62,049 bases of DNA from Octopus bimaculoides (Eukaryota). Both the position numbers and the translations under genes were made by a program. The stretch covers positions 34,504,559 through 34,566,607 of the forward strand of contig NC_068995.1 in assembly GCF_001194135.2 (NCBI RefSeq), in the 5' to 3' direction. The notes under the pieces are model-generated. The model saw nothing but the letters and a program-made list of their open reading frames with translations, ran no database searches and was not told the origin of the DNA. Shown one piece after another: positions 39,106 to 52,870 of this stretch (within the stretch, counting starts at the first letter, position 1; the number at the start of each line of letters is the position of its first letter).

Positions 39106-40318
39106 AATAATGATAATGTTAAATTGAACCAGGTACAAAACTATTTTATGTGGGGGTGAGGAGGCAGTTAAACGATTGATTCTATGCCAACGTAATACTG
39201 TTAATAGTTTTATTGAAAACTGATATATGCAGTACTTCTCTCTCTCTCTCTCTCTTTCACTGTCTTTGACACACACACACGCACACATACACACACATAC
39301 ACACACGCACGCACACACTGTCTGTCTCTCTCTCTACCCTTGATATTTCAATTGCCGTCTTCTCAGTTATAACTGTTTCATTTAAATCTTTATCAATTTA
39401 TGTAAGGCGAAAATCCAACATGGCCTTTGCTATTGTTTCTAAAACGAACTATAGAATTAAAGAACAAAGCACTATTTGCTTATTTATTCCTTTATATGAA
39501 CTAAAGAGAAGAGATTACGTCATCTCTGGATCTAAGTTCTGCTGGAGTCAGAATATGTTATATGTTTACATTGGAAAAGCAATATTCCAATATTTCCAAA
39601 TTTGTCAATTCCGCAGAATTAGAGATGAACTGCTAAATATATTGGGAAAATACAGCCTAATAGCTTTTGTTTCTTAATAGAAATCTCTATATCTTGCTGC
39701 AGAAGCATAATTTGTAAAGGAATAGATAAAATATCAAAATACAAGAACTTCCAGAATGAAAGAGGCTAACATGAGCAATACTAATCAGTGTTTTGTGGTA
39801 ATTAAAAAATGTATGAAGACAAATATATAAACAATAGCATAGTCTATAGCATTGCACTGATTCTCAAATATACACTTCTCATTTCATCAGATATTCTCTG
39901 TATAGGCCACATACAATGCAATAAAATCAGAGCATCAGCAAAAAAGCATTGTCATAACAGCTGATAAAATTTGATACAAACAGAAAATTAATGATATTTC
40001 TACAAAATAATAGCAAAACATGTATTGTACTCATCCGAGGAATATAGAGATTACAAGACCTGATAATCATTAATAACGTTGGTTTCTTATATATGTACAA
40101 GGTTAATTATTATTAATCGACATCAGTATATTATTAGAATTTAGTTTATTGATTACAGAGGAATAGAAGGAAAACTATCGTTGTTGAAATTATGGAGATG
40201 GTATACAACTGACAATACATACATACATACATACATACATACATACATACATACATACATACATACATACATACATGCATACATACATACATACATACAT
40301 ACATACATACATACTTAC

Positions 40319-40345
40319 GACTATAGATCCACTCCATCACTGGGA
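40319..40345 (-). CDS. Candidate 27-nt microexon (phase 1-1), xPVMEWIYS
   Basis: Acceptor gttttgcaaatttttacag|, donor |gtaagt followed by (TATG)n; a single open frame. Confidence 0.4.
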
Positions 40346-40675
40346 CTGTAAAAATTTGCAAAACTTTCTAGAAGTGTATCATGAACATGTCTAGACACTT
40401 AACTGATAAACTACATTCATTAGAATACATAAATAAATCAAGGGATACACATCTGCACACACCTGACTCCAAATACTGCACATATACACTCACACATGCA
40501 AGAATACCCTGTTGATGTTGGTGAAATTCTAATGAAAAATCCTTGAATCTAGGTTAGAAGCTGGCTTTTCTATTGACAAGAAACCTTGAATTAAAACCGA
40601 ATAATGACATACAAACATATACATATACATATATATGCACCACACGTACACAAACATACATATATACAGGTAAGT

Positions 40676-40893
40676 TATGGTTTCAAGTTTTGCCACAAGG
40701 GCAGCAGTTTCGGGGAAGGGGTTGAGTCGATTACATCGGTCCCAGTGTTTCACTTGTACTTAATTTATTGACCTTGAAAGGATGAAAGGCAAAATCGACC
40801 TTGGTGGAATTTGAACTCAGAACGTAGCGACGGGTGAAATACAGCCAAGCGTTTCGTCCAGTGCACTAAAGATTCTGCTAGCTCGTCGCCTTA
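40676..40893 (-). mobile_element. SINE family A
   Basis: Full head and body. Confidence 0.9.
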
Positions 40894-42589
40894 AATAGAA
40901 GTAAATATTGTAATGCATTTGATCCACCTACTACTTTAGTGTCTTCAACATTTCTATCACTCTTAGGTTTCAGATACAGATGGAATGGTTGAGTAGTATG
41001 GCTTTCCAAAACATGGCTATTAACAGGTTTTAGAAACTAGTAACGGAAAAGGGAACGATAAAACATAGTAAAGAGTTAACATGCATCACCACCTACAGTT
41101 GCTATTGCTGTGTAACACTAAAGATGTCCTGATTAAGCAAACGTAACGTGTCTATTTCAACCGTCACTTAACTGTACTTTTTCATGTTGAGTTGTTCAGT
41201 GACACAGCAATATGTCTTAATAAATAAATTATCCGGTGACACCTGTCTCTTTTCAAGTTATGGTTAGCTGTTAGCTTCTCTGCGAGAGGCTCTTAAGTGC
41301 TATGTTTCGTGTGAGTGGTTCCGTGAACGGCACAGCACTGTTTCTCTCAATAAATTACCTGACAATACCTGTCTTCTTGACACTTATGGTTAGCTTTTGG
41401 CTTCCCTGTGAAAAACCTTTTTACTCTTTGATAAATTTTCACTAACCTCACTAACCTAGTCAATTATATTGTTATAGAAGTACTGCACACGTTTAATAAG
41501 AAATACATAGTTTATAAACGATGGTAAAACTGAATAAGTGTGCATTGATTGTCAACTATTTAATTAACTATTTATATATATAATTTTTACCTCCTGTTTA
41601 CTAATTTACGTTTATACCCCGCATATATTTAAAACTATCATGGCTGTGCATATGGATGTACTTCAACAATTGAATTCGTTCTCGAGCCTATTTGTACTTT
41701 ATAGTGAATAGTTATATTATGCAAATAAAAATTGTGTTTATATCTATTGTCAATAAACATGAAACACAGATGAGAACGCACACACACACATACACACACA
41801 TGCACGTGAGTACAAATGTATGGTTTCAATTTTCTAATATAAATGTTGACACACAAGTATGTACACCTCGTATATACACTCACAAGATTTCAAAAATATA
41901 TAATGCACTTACGATTCTCAATAGGTTATTCAGATGTTACGCATAAAACATCAAGTGAAAATGCACAGTTTTATCAAGACATTCAGGAATTCATTGGCTC
42001 AGTGTGGGTTTTTGCTATTCATTGAGAAGGCACGATGGATTTTCATTTATGACTGTAAAGGGTGGAATTTCGATTCCTTATTCGTTGATGAATGAGCAAA
42101 AGAAATACAAACCTTTACTAATGTGTCAGAACGATATTTTAGACTTAACTACAGTATACAATTATCATTTCAGCACCAGATGTTGAGACATAATTTGGGT
42201 CAAATATTCTATTGTATTATACAAGAATGGCTAACATAACACTTTTATATATTCGATATCTCTCTTTGTCACACAGTACGTGCACACAGTACGTGCACAC
42301 AGTACGTGCATACATATACACACAGACACAGGCGCACACGCGTACAAGCAATCACAAACCACATTGATATTCAAGAAGAAATGTTCTACAAATAACAGTG
42401 CATGTTGCTTTATCTAAGACGTACAAACATACATAAGCACGTAATACACACATAAATAACTACATACATACATTCATACATACATACATATACACATACA
42501 TACAAACATAAACGCATACATATATACTCATACATATGTACCTATACGAGTGTGTATGTGTGTGTGCTGATAATCTCCGTTTTTCTCGC

Positions 42590-42882
42590 GAGACTATGAT
42601 CAGAGAAAGTTCCTCTCCAAGACATACGCCTGAGAAATGTTCTTCCTTGTATGAGTCTAGCAGTTCACCCTCCAAGAGTATCTCTCCTCTCCATGTATGA
42701 GATGTCCAAGGCAAAAGCAAAAATCAGACAGCTTGCTATTGGTGTAGTCGAAGACGTTGCCCTCACAACACACACACACACACAAACTGAGAAGACACCG
42801 CAAGGCATCCTGTCCGACGCCTGGAAACGTCTGCCAGTTTACTGAGGTAGATTGTATGTATGTATGTATGTATGTATGTATG

Positions 42883-42924
<42 letters not shown>

Positions 42925-44300
42925 TAGATCCGTTCGACCTCACCAGTCTTTAGCTCGAACTGACTTAACTTACCTTTCGTTAAACACTAGAAAGCAGCGC
43001 TTCCATCTCTGTCCTTTTCTTCCTCAAGTACCATTCAAAGTTAATGAGGGTTTTGCCAGAAAGGAAAATGACTATCTTTAAAACCCTTCAGACAAGTTCC
43101 CGGCACAACTTTTGCCATAACTAATATATACAGGAAGATCAACAGCTCTTCCCTGCCAAAGAAAGATGGTAGGTAGTTTTTTGTTAAAGACTCGGATGAT
43201 AGCTAGACTTGTCCTATATACGCCATGAATTATTTGAGGCAAGTTCGTAAATCGGTAACGCACGGGCAAAATGCAATAGTATGCTGAACTATTTCGCCGT
43301 CCAATGTGCTTAGATGTTTAGGTTAGGTGCGACAGTCTTTAGTGCTGTGAATGTAGAGATTGTCTCGAACAAGTAACGCTCACAGATATCACTACAATGT
43401 CAAGGATTTTTGGAAGTTGTCCAGTGACAACGATTTGAAAGTTCTTCAGAATAGGTTGTTGTGGTTGTTTTCGTCGATGCCTTGAGGCGTTCCCAAGTCA
43501 TCGTTGCTCAGACCTTCCACTACTTCTTTACCGAATGTATGAGTCATTTTCTCATGACCGAAGACATTGGCCATCTCATTAAGTATTGTGAATTCCTGAC
43601 AATATTGTAGATGTCAAACACCACCCTCTGTCCACGCTAGAATCACGATTGCACTTCCATAAATAGAGAGGCTACGGAAAGTTGTCAAACGAAAGGCCTC
43701 CACACCAGTTCATCTTCGTTTTTGTCATCTTCGAATTGGTCCAAATTTTGCTGTAGTTGCATCAGCTTGAGTGTATGCTTGTGCATCATCAGCACAATCA
43801 TAATGTTATGGGGGTTGGTCTAATCGACTGACCCCTCCCCCCTCCCCCAAAAATTATGGAAATAGAATGGAAGTTGGCAGCAGAGGATTTCCTGAATAGT
43901 AGAAACTCACTTTCATAAGAATCTGAACAGCAAGCGTTCCAGTCTGTTCATATAATTATAATTATTGGGACAGTGTGTGACGATCTGGCGGTTGTATACG
44001 AGTGAGGCGATTTAGATATTAGCTGTTACTGACCAACAATTCAGAGAATACTTCCTCTTAGCTTATTTCTGAGCGAGATTGTCCACTCTGCTTCCAAGTT
44101 TTTAATTAGCGTCAGGTTAAGACTGAATCAGAAAGTTAGGTCCTAACCAGACACTGAGGACATTAATAGGGCTCTCGATCCACCTATAAAAAGAACCGCC
44201 TGTCCACTGGAACTTGCCTCTTCAGGTGCCGAGTTCAAGATCACCGATTTCCACTTTTGATGTGTGCTTCTGTACAATTCTTGTACTCATCCAGTATGCG
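42590..44300 (-). mobile_element. Decayed Tx1/L1-clade LINE, 3' part of ORF2
   Basis: Minus-strand remnants INVLSVWLGP, SLDNFQKSL, DGEIVQHTIAFCP (zinc knuckle region) and KKLPTIFLWQGR; many stops. Confidence 0.55.
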
Positions 44301-44881
44301 TCAATAAAAAGAAATGGAAACCAAATACTGAAGTCGGTGAAAACAACTAATCCTCTCAACTCAAAACTGCTGGCCTAGTACCTAAATTAAAAGTTGTTTA
44401 TTGAACCTGCTTAACACTGATGAAGATTAGATAATAAGTAATGGATTTGTCACTCGTATGTTTACATCTCAAGCTTGTGTTTTGCATTCAGATTTTGCTT
44501 GTATCTGACCGCATTTGTTGGCTGGGATTTTGTTATTTCTAAAGGCAAGCTATCTTGTTGCAAAACTGTAGAATACAGTCTGGAACATACGTAGATTTAT
44601 TGTTATGCATAAAGTTGTGCGCATTCATGCGTATAATTATGTTGTGTCATTTTATGACCCTTGAGTTATCTTTTTAAGAAATAAAGATCGATGAAATATG
44701 CGCGAGACTAAAATTAGTATTGCTGTCGATATAATCGAATAAAAGTCATAACAGGGATGCCCCAGTATGACCGCAGTCCAATGATTGATGCTTCTTAAAG
44801 AATAAAAGAATAAAGCAATATATATACATTTATGTTACACACACGCACATACTTGTATGGCATTTAAATATATATACACAC

Positions 44882-44960
44882 GTGTACAAATGTCTTTATG
44901 TTGGCATGTACAAATGTCTTTATGTTGGCATGCACAAATGTCTTTATGTTGGCATGTACA
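44882..44960. repeat. 24-bp minisatellite x3 (catgtacaaatgtctttatgttgg)
   Basis: Seen directly. Confidence 0.9.
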
Positions 44961-45132
44961 TAAAATTGTCGTATGGTTTTATCATTTAATGGTCTAAGAA
45001 TGGAAAAATAAATTAAATTTTGTGACCGGAAAGTTATGTATGTTTCGTCCATAAATCATAGTAACCTGTTTGAAGTCTGGCTTGCTTTATAACAGTTTAA
45101 TGTTTGAGAGATATGCACACGCTTACACACAC

Positions 45133-45207
<75 letters not shown>

Positions 45208-45212
45208 ATCTT

Positions 45213-45284
<72 letters not shown>

Positions 45285-45352
45285 ATCTATCTATCTATCT
45301 ATCTATCATATATATATATATATATATATATATAAATTGNNNNNNNNNNNNN

Positions 45353-45416
<64 letters not shown>

Positions 45417-46569
45417 TATCAGAAAGGGAGGGAGACAAAAAGAGAGCGCAGGAAAACGAAAGAATGAGAAAGATAGTGATAGAATGAGGGACAGAAAGAG
45501 ATCGTGAGAGCAACTAAGGAGTGTAAGAGAAGGGGCGATTGTTTAAATTGCAGGAGAAAATGAGGCGTAGCGAATGAAAATGAATATTAAGTAAATAACC
45601 CATGAACTAATTATATATACACACACAAACGCACAGACAAACAAACTCCTCTCGTATAGACCCACATACATACACTGAAGTACACATACACACACTCACA
45701 AATATACTTTCATTATACAGTACATATACACATAACACTATGTGACAAAACTATTATTTTTTTTGTCTTTGTTCCTTCTACCCAGAAATCAAAGGAAACG
45801 ACTACCATTCCCTTCAAACTTTGCTTTTGAGACCTGGACAGCAATGTTTTGAAACGGACCTATTTTGTATTACACTTCAGACATATTCAGCACTGAGTTG
45901 CTGAAGCTGAAATATCGTTATAGCAAATATTCTGCTCAAGACCACAAATTTGTTTGTCAGTTGTTTAACCTTATCCACTTGAGCATGTTCCTTAGTGGCT
46001 GACAATATGTGCATCTCTGATCATAAGCAGGAGTGGTGGGGGAACATCATACCCATGCTTTAAGTGGGAATTTTGGGGGTTTGATAAATGTAATAAAAGC
46101 AAAATTTGAAGGAAATATTAGCCGTTTTTCATACTTTCTAAGGGAAAGCAAATAGGAAATAGCAGTTGCTGCCCAAGGACGAAAATAGGGTTACACAGTG
46201 TAATAGAAGTGAACGTAAGATTCGTAATACGAAGATAAAAATTAACCATAAAGCAGACATATACGGAAAAATGAGCCTTTGCTCACTACTAGGATATTGG
46301 TATACGCTAGTGAGCTGGTGGCCCCTTGTCCTTGTATAAATTTTTATTGCATGATATAATTTGTACCTCTCTCTGTAATTATATATACATGTATATGGTT
46401 GGTATATTCGTCAATAAATCAATTGCGATGTATAAATACCAAGAACAGTGTCTAATTCTACACAGAAGCGTCGTTTCGATCTACAGACGTCTTTGTGAGT
46501 CATAAAAATCGACGTATGTGTAACAGATAGAGAAATAGGTTATTGACACTATATACGTATTTATTAATA

Positions 46570-47350
46570 ATCCTTTCTACTATAGGTACAAGCCTTGAAA
46601 TTTTAGGAGAGGGAGGTAACTGACTTCACCGACCCCAGTACTCGGCTGCTACTTATTTCATCGACCTCAAAAGGACGAGAGAAAAATGTCGACCTCGGTG
46701 GAATTTTGACTCACAACGTAAAGGCGGATGAAATGCTGCCAAGTATTTTATCCTGCGTGCTAAAAACTCGACCTGCTCGCCGCCCTAAATGCATTCATTG
46801 ATAGGCCTTCTTCCTATAGGCATAAACCCAGAAATTTTGGAGGAGGAGTGCAATCGATTACATTGTGCCCAGTGTTCAACTGATACTTATTTCATCGACC
46901 CCAAAAAGGACGAAAGGCAAAGTCAACCTCGGCTGAATTTAATTTCAAAGTGTAGCGACAGTGAAATACCACTAAGCATTTCGTCCAGCGTACTAACTAT
47001 TCAGCCAGCTCACCGGCTTAAATGCATTCATTAATAATACTGATAATTTCTTAATAATAAGTATTTGAAGGAAGAATTATTCGACACTATCCACTCTCAT
47101 ACTTCACTGGCACTCCTCGTCTAGATTTGAACTCAGAACGTCGAGAACCGGAAGAAATTCCGCGAAGTATGTTTCCAGCATTCTAAAGTTTCTGCAGATC
47201 CACCACACTTAATAATAATTTGCAATTTAGGCATGAAAGCCAACAGTTTTTAGGGAAGGAATCTAGTCAATGGCATCAACCCCTTGTATATGACATATAC
47301 AGTATTTTATTGAAATCAAAGTCGGCCTTAGTCGGATTTGACTTGAGAAT
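46570..47350 (-). mobile_element. Four SINE family A copies or fragments
   Basis: 46570-46787, 46805-47020, 47080-47208 and 47215-47350. Confidence 0.75.
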
Positions 47351-47871
47351 GTCATGTGAAATAATGTTAAAGCAGTCATGTATGTGTGCATGTGTGCTAG
47401 AGTATGTTAGCATGTATATTAGACGCTTAAATATTTATGTTTAAGCGTATATTTATATTTATATTGAGTTATGTAATAGAACATTAGAACATTAAACATA
47501 GAAAAATATCGATATTGAAAGAAATAGAGTTGCATGCATGATAGAATTTCATAGAAACATTGCTTCAATGAATAAATCCTTGCTAATAAATTGGAAACGG
47601 AACAAATTCTGAAATAGTAAGTCTAATGTTTAACAAAATTTATCCTGCAATAAGCACCGATATTAACAAACTTAAAACTAAAAGTCAGAATATGGATGGT
47701 GCTGACCCTCACACTCGGACTAACTCAGAGTATGTGTGAATGGCTCTGTTGTTTTGTTCTCGAAATTGGAATGGTGTGATGTTGCATGCTAGCCAAAAGG
47801 GGAACAAGTTACCATTTCGTTTTGACTATGCTTGCGGCCAAAAACTGAGGAGAATGAACAACAATATCATA

Positions 47872-48520
47872 TGTGTTCATTCAAATTCCGCCGAGGTCGA
47901 CTTTGCCTTTCATCCTTTCGGATAAATTAAGTACTAGTTACAAACTGGAATTGATCAAATCGCCTGCCCCCCTCCCCCAAACTTTCAGGCCTTGTGCCTA
48001 TAGTAGAAAAGAATATCATATATGTTCAAGGTAGCGAACTGGCAGAATCATTAACTTACCGGGTAAAATGTTTAGCGGCGTTTCAGCTGAGTTCAAATTC
48101 CGCCTAGGTCGACTTTGCTTTTCATCTAATAGAAAATAGATTAAGGCGGTACTCCAGCATAGCTGCAATACTATCATAAAAAGGATAAAAATACACACAC
48201 ACACACGCCTGTGCACATGTGTGTATGTGTGTGTATGCGCGCGCGCGTGTGTTTGTGTGTGTGAGTTGATGTAAGATTCGTCTTGCTTCAATATTGTACA
48301 AGACGATGGCGGCGAGCTAGTAGAAACGTTAGCACACCGGGCGAAATGCTTAGCGGTATTTCGTCTGTCTTTATGTTCTGAGTTCAAGTTGCGCCGAGGT
48401 CAACTTTGCCTTTCATCCTTTCGAGGTCGATAAATTAAGTACCAGTTGCGTACTGGGGTTGATGTAATCGAGTGGCCCCTTCCTCCAAATTTAGGGTCTT
48501 GTGCCTAGAGTAGAAAGAAT
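47872..48520 (+). mobile_element. Three SINE family A copies or fragments
   Basis: 47872-48012, 48026-48165 and 48306-48520. Confidence 0.8.
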
Positions 48521-48719
48521 ATTGTACCAGACGGCAGTCTTCAGTAATTATTCCCAATGGTACTACTGACCACAATCTACTACTGACCACAATCTAATAC
48601 TGACCACAATCTATCATACCAATGCCGAATACATGTGTGTATATATAAATCAGACTGGAACCAGGTACAGCTCTCCGGCTTAGCAGTTCCAGTCAAACAC
48701 TTTCTTGATGTCAAACACT

Positions 48720-49520
48720 TTCTTGATGCATGTACACTTTCAATGCCCATAACTCCGATAATTCTGCATTTTTCCAGTCAAACGTTTCCGATGACAGTAC
48801 ATAAATTGTTGATTCTAGAACGTATTTAATAAATATCTCCCAATACAATGAACTCATACTTGGAATGCTTAAAATTCTTAAAAAATGAAACCAAACTTCC
48901 ACACCACATTCAGTTGGGACACCCTGTATCATTTATACTTATTTTACAAATCATAATATTTATTGCTTATTTGCAGTTCATACAACACTTTCATGAAACT
49001 AATTGAGCCAGCGAATTTTAAAATATTTTACAGGTTTCATTGGTTATGTTCGATTACTTTGAATATTGATTTTTTGTGTGTCCAGTTTCTAAGTTTTGCA
49101 GACAACATCACTTTTATACTTTATTTGACACGTGAGTAGAACTCATGTCTGGAAACCTCGTGACATACTTAGATTGTTGAAAAAAGTGAATAATAGGGCC
49201 CCTCCAGTGTATCCTTCTATCTACTACATATTACTAATATTTTATTTAAATAACCCATACTGCCTGCAGTTCTTAGCGATGCGATCAACATTTGATTCTC
49301 ATGATCAGCCGACCTAATTCTGCCTTTCACAACTCAGTTTTGAACTGCTAAACATTATTATTGCACTTCCTTGATTTGAATCTTAAACCTTAAAGACTTC
49401 ATTCATACATTTCTACACATACATACTTTTTTGAATGCCCATTACTCCGATAATTCTGCATTTTACAGTTACACTTTTTCCATGACAGTAGATAAATTTT
49501 ATATTCCATAACCTATCTGT
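48720..49520. mobile_element. Tc1/mariner-like remnant with a direct duplication of about 100 bp
   Basis: TIR-like end ttgggacaccctg|TA at 48914-48928. aatgccca.tactccgataattctgcatttt...atgacagta.ataaatt occurs at about 48742 and about 49434. Confidence 0.4.
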
Positions 49521-49799
49521 AGTGGCTTCATGCAGGCATAGTGTAGATTTCACTTAACGCCAAATTTAACTTAACGCTTCAACAGCGTTTTTCTCACGGT
49601 AAAACAATAGTTTTTCTTTGAATGACAGCAGTTATGACATTTCCCAGATGCCTTCACTAAGCAGAATAATGTCTTTGCCACTTGACCCTTCTGACCTATA
49701 TATATATATATATATATTTGTGTGTGTGTGTGAGTGTGTGTGTATGTGTGTATATATATATTTGTTGGCTTATTTGAAGGAGGGGAGGGGTTGTGTATG

Positions 49800-49839
<40 letters not shown>

Positions 49840-50004
49840 TGTATGTTTGTTTTGATATCAAAATTGGAAACATCCACCTTGTTCGTAAAAGGATTTTCAC
49901 CTGGCTTTGCATCCTATAAGCAAATTTCGTTCACGGGCACAATGGTTTCGCAGTGCTGGCACATTTGTAATATCAAACTAAACATGTATTGAAATTTGTA
50001 ACAT

Positions 50005-50100
50005 GGGCATTAGAATTAAGAAAATACAAGCAATGACAGGTAACTTCCACATCAATTATGACACTGACAAAATCTATGTTACATGCAAAGTGGATTGTCC
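50005..50100 (+). mobile_element. Short Dong/R4 LINE fragment
   Basis: IKKIQAMTGNFHINYDTDKIY parallels IHKILTTGNFHRNSDVDRLY at about 58130. Confidence 0.5.
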
Positions 50101-50317
50101 CTCACAAGTGTGTATATTTCATTGCTGTTTATGTACGAGGAGTACATGCATAAACGATAGCGAAAGATGTACCCGTGTGTTCTGTTGTGATACACACACC
50201 GGCGAGTGCAAATTTACCCACAAACATACACATGCAAGAACATGTGCATGTATACAACGACACGCACACATATATACACATATCAAACAATCTAGGTAAC
50301 CACAAACCCCAAGAAAC

Positions 50318-50370
50318 CTTTTAAATCTAAGAAAAGAGCTTTGGCGTTTGGTCAGCAACTGGCTAGAATT
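50318..50370 (-). CDS. Candidate exon, NSSQLLTKRQSSFLRFK(R); 3' boundary uncertain
   Basis: Very strong acceptor gctgtttttcttttctttccattgcag| and a single open frame, but only weak donors (gtttct or gtttgt). Confidence 0.3.
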
Positions 50371-50799
50371 CTGCAATGGAAAGAAAAGAAAAACAGCTTA
50401 AAATAATCCTACACACATATCTGCAATATTTGTACATGTGTGTGTGTGTGTGAGTGCGTGCGCGCTCGCGTGTCCATTATTATTTATTGTATATTTGTGT
50501 GTGTATGTGTGAGTATATAAGGAGATGGACCGAGAGAAAGCGAGAGAGAAGTCTAAGAGAATAGAAAGACAGACAGAAGGCAGAGAGATAGAAGGACAGA
50601 GACAAGGCCGAGACAGAGAGAAGGGAGTGACATAGAAAGACAGAGAAAAAGACTTATCGACACAGCACGACTATCCAGCGTTGATAGAAAACTTCCGGCA
50701 CAGAAAACGCGTGATGGGCGACGCCCTTTACTTGGCAGGTTGATAAACATTCTTCTAACAGTTACATTTCTATACTCATTTTATACACAAGATAGACAT

Positions 50800-50835
<36 letters not shown>

Positions 50836-51962
50836 ACACACACACACTCGTATACACACACAAACAGACATACAAACACATAAACGCACACACACACAAA
50901 AACACGCACATACATGCATGCATACTGGTTCACACGCGCATATACAAAGCGGGTTATTTAGAGAATGTGTTTCCATTAGTCACTTGAATGTTTCATTATT
51001 GCTTAGTTACAGAGAACGAAAGAACTGTTGACTATATTGTGTGGCAATAAATTTACTTCTACTCCGGTCATGATGGACATCAACTACATTATTTATTGGA
51101 GGTCTACTTTTGAATATATTTACTTAACATTTCACTACATATCCCCGCCTCTTTAAGTTTCCAGTCTTTCTTTCCATAGCTCACTGAAACAATTATAACA
51201 TATAGTGAATTTTGCTTGTTTGCTTGTTTCTTAATTTACTTATCACTTTCTTGCTGTGTTTTGCCCAATTACACACGCGCGCGCGCACACACACATGCAC
51301 ACACACATCCACTCGCAATCACGTGTGCGCACATACATATTGTATTTCTGCACTTGCTATATATATATATATATATATATCAATTTAGATAAGAGCTAAA
51401 AGATGATCCATTGTAAAAACTTTATCATGTCCTATGATCATTTCGATGCAATATCCAGACCAACTCATGCATATTATAAAATATGGAATATTGTANNNNN
51501 NNNNNNNNNNNNNNNNNNNNNNNNNNNNNNNNNNNNNNNNNNNNNNNNNNNNNNNNNNNNNNNNNNNNNNNNNNNNNNNNNNNNNNNNNNNNNNNNNNNN
51601 NNNNNNNNNNNNNNNNNNNNNNNNNNNNNNNNNNNNNNNNNNNNNNNNNNNNNNNNNNNNNNNNNNNNNNNNNNNNNNNNNNNNNNNNNNNNNNNNNNNN
51701 NNNNNNNNNNNNNNNNNNNNNNNNNNNNNNNNNNNNNNNNNNNNNNNNNNNNNNNNNNNNNNNNNNNNNNNNNNNNNNNNNNNNNNNNNNNNNNNNNNNN
51801 NNNNNNNNNNNNNNNNNNNNNNNNNNNNNNNNNNNNNNNNNNNNNNNNNNNNNNNNNNNNNNNNNNNNNNNNNNNNNNNNNNNNNNNNNNNNNNNNNNNN
51901 NNNNNNNNNNNNNNNNNNNNNNNNNNNNNNNNNNNNNNNNNNNNNNNNNNNNNNNNNNNNNN

Positions 51963-52004
<42 letters not shown>

Positions 52005-52007
<3 letters not shown>

Positions 52008-52200
52008 ATATACAACTAGCTTGTCAGCCATAATCCACCCACTAGGTTCTAGTCGGCCGAGGTTATTCTGGAAAACAGAGCCCGAGGTGGCACGCATCGA
52101 GACTGAACCCACAACCATGTGATTGGAAAGCGAACTTCTTACCATAGAGCTACGTCTGAACCAATGCTCTGCCGTCGTCTATGTCATGCCTGCGCCTATA
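52005..52200 (-). mobile_element. SINE family B 5' half, decayed
   Basis: gtcggccgaggttattctggaaaacagagcccgaggtggcacgcatcgagactgaacccacaaccatgtgattggaaagcgaacttcttacc. Confidence 0.7.
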
Positions 52201-52428
52201 AATAATTATGCAGTACCATTATCTAATGCAAATAGTGGGAATCTAACAAGTCAATGTCTTAAATATATATTATTGCTTAACCGTCTGAATGTATCTTTGA
52301 GATGGTTATGCTAAACAAACTTTATTGCATACTGTACAATTGCTGAATGTATAATATTTAACTTATTCAACATTAGGTTCTGTAACATATACACATTTTC
52401 AGAAAGCCTGCTACATAATCGTAACATT

Positions 52429-52638
52429 TATACAGGTCTATATTTAAGAGATGAGGAATCATATACAGTATTTACATTATTTACATTTGACGGATATTTG
52501 TCCTCATCTTGTTTGTTGTTAACACAACATTTCGGCTGATACACCCACTGGCATATCGCATAGTGGTTAAGAGCGCGGGCTGCTAACCCCAAAATTCTGA
52601 GTTCGATTTCAGACAGTGACCTGAATAATAATAATAAC

Positions 52639-52673
<35 letters not shown>

Positions 52674-52870
52674 TAATAATAATAATAATACTAATAAAAA
52701 TAATAATAATAATAACAACATCGAAAAATACCTTAGGAATGAGAACCCAGGTTCGAAATTTTCCCAAGACACCTGATGAAGGCTGGAGGGTATATCAGCC
52801 GAAACGTTGTGTTAACAACAAACAAGAGAACAAATATCCGTCAACTGTAAATAATGTAAATAATGTAAAT
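52429..52870 (+). mobile_element. Composite: inverted partial terminus, tRNA-like head, (AAT)n, and HHR-containing PLE-like tail
   Basis: 52429-52546 is an inverted 3' terminus. 52549-52623 is a tRNA-like head (tagtggttaag A-box, gggctgctaacccc anticodon-like arm, gagttcgattt B-box). 52624-52718 is (AAT)n. 52719-52870 is nearly identical to 910-1065. Confidence 0.8.
52768..52813 (+). ncRNA. Minimal type-I hammerhead ribozyme motif, family 1
   Basis: GACAC-CUGAUGA-a-GGCUG(gagggtatat)CAGCC-GAAAC-GUU-GUGUU. Confidence 0.75.

Noticed and set aside
41913-42052. Good minus-strand acceptor and gtaagt donor pair
   Set aside because: Stops in all three frames, and no other support
52549-52623. tRNA-Ser(GCU)-like sequence as a real tRNA gene
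   Set aside because: No proper acceptor stem or variable arm; interpreted as a SINE head (as are the heads of families A-C)
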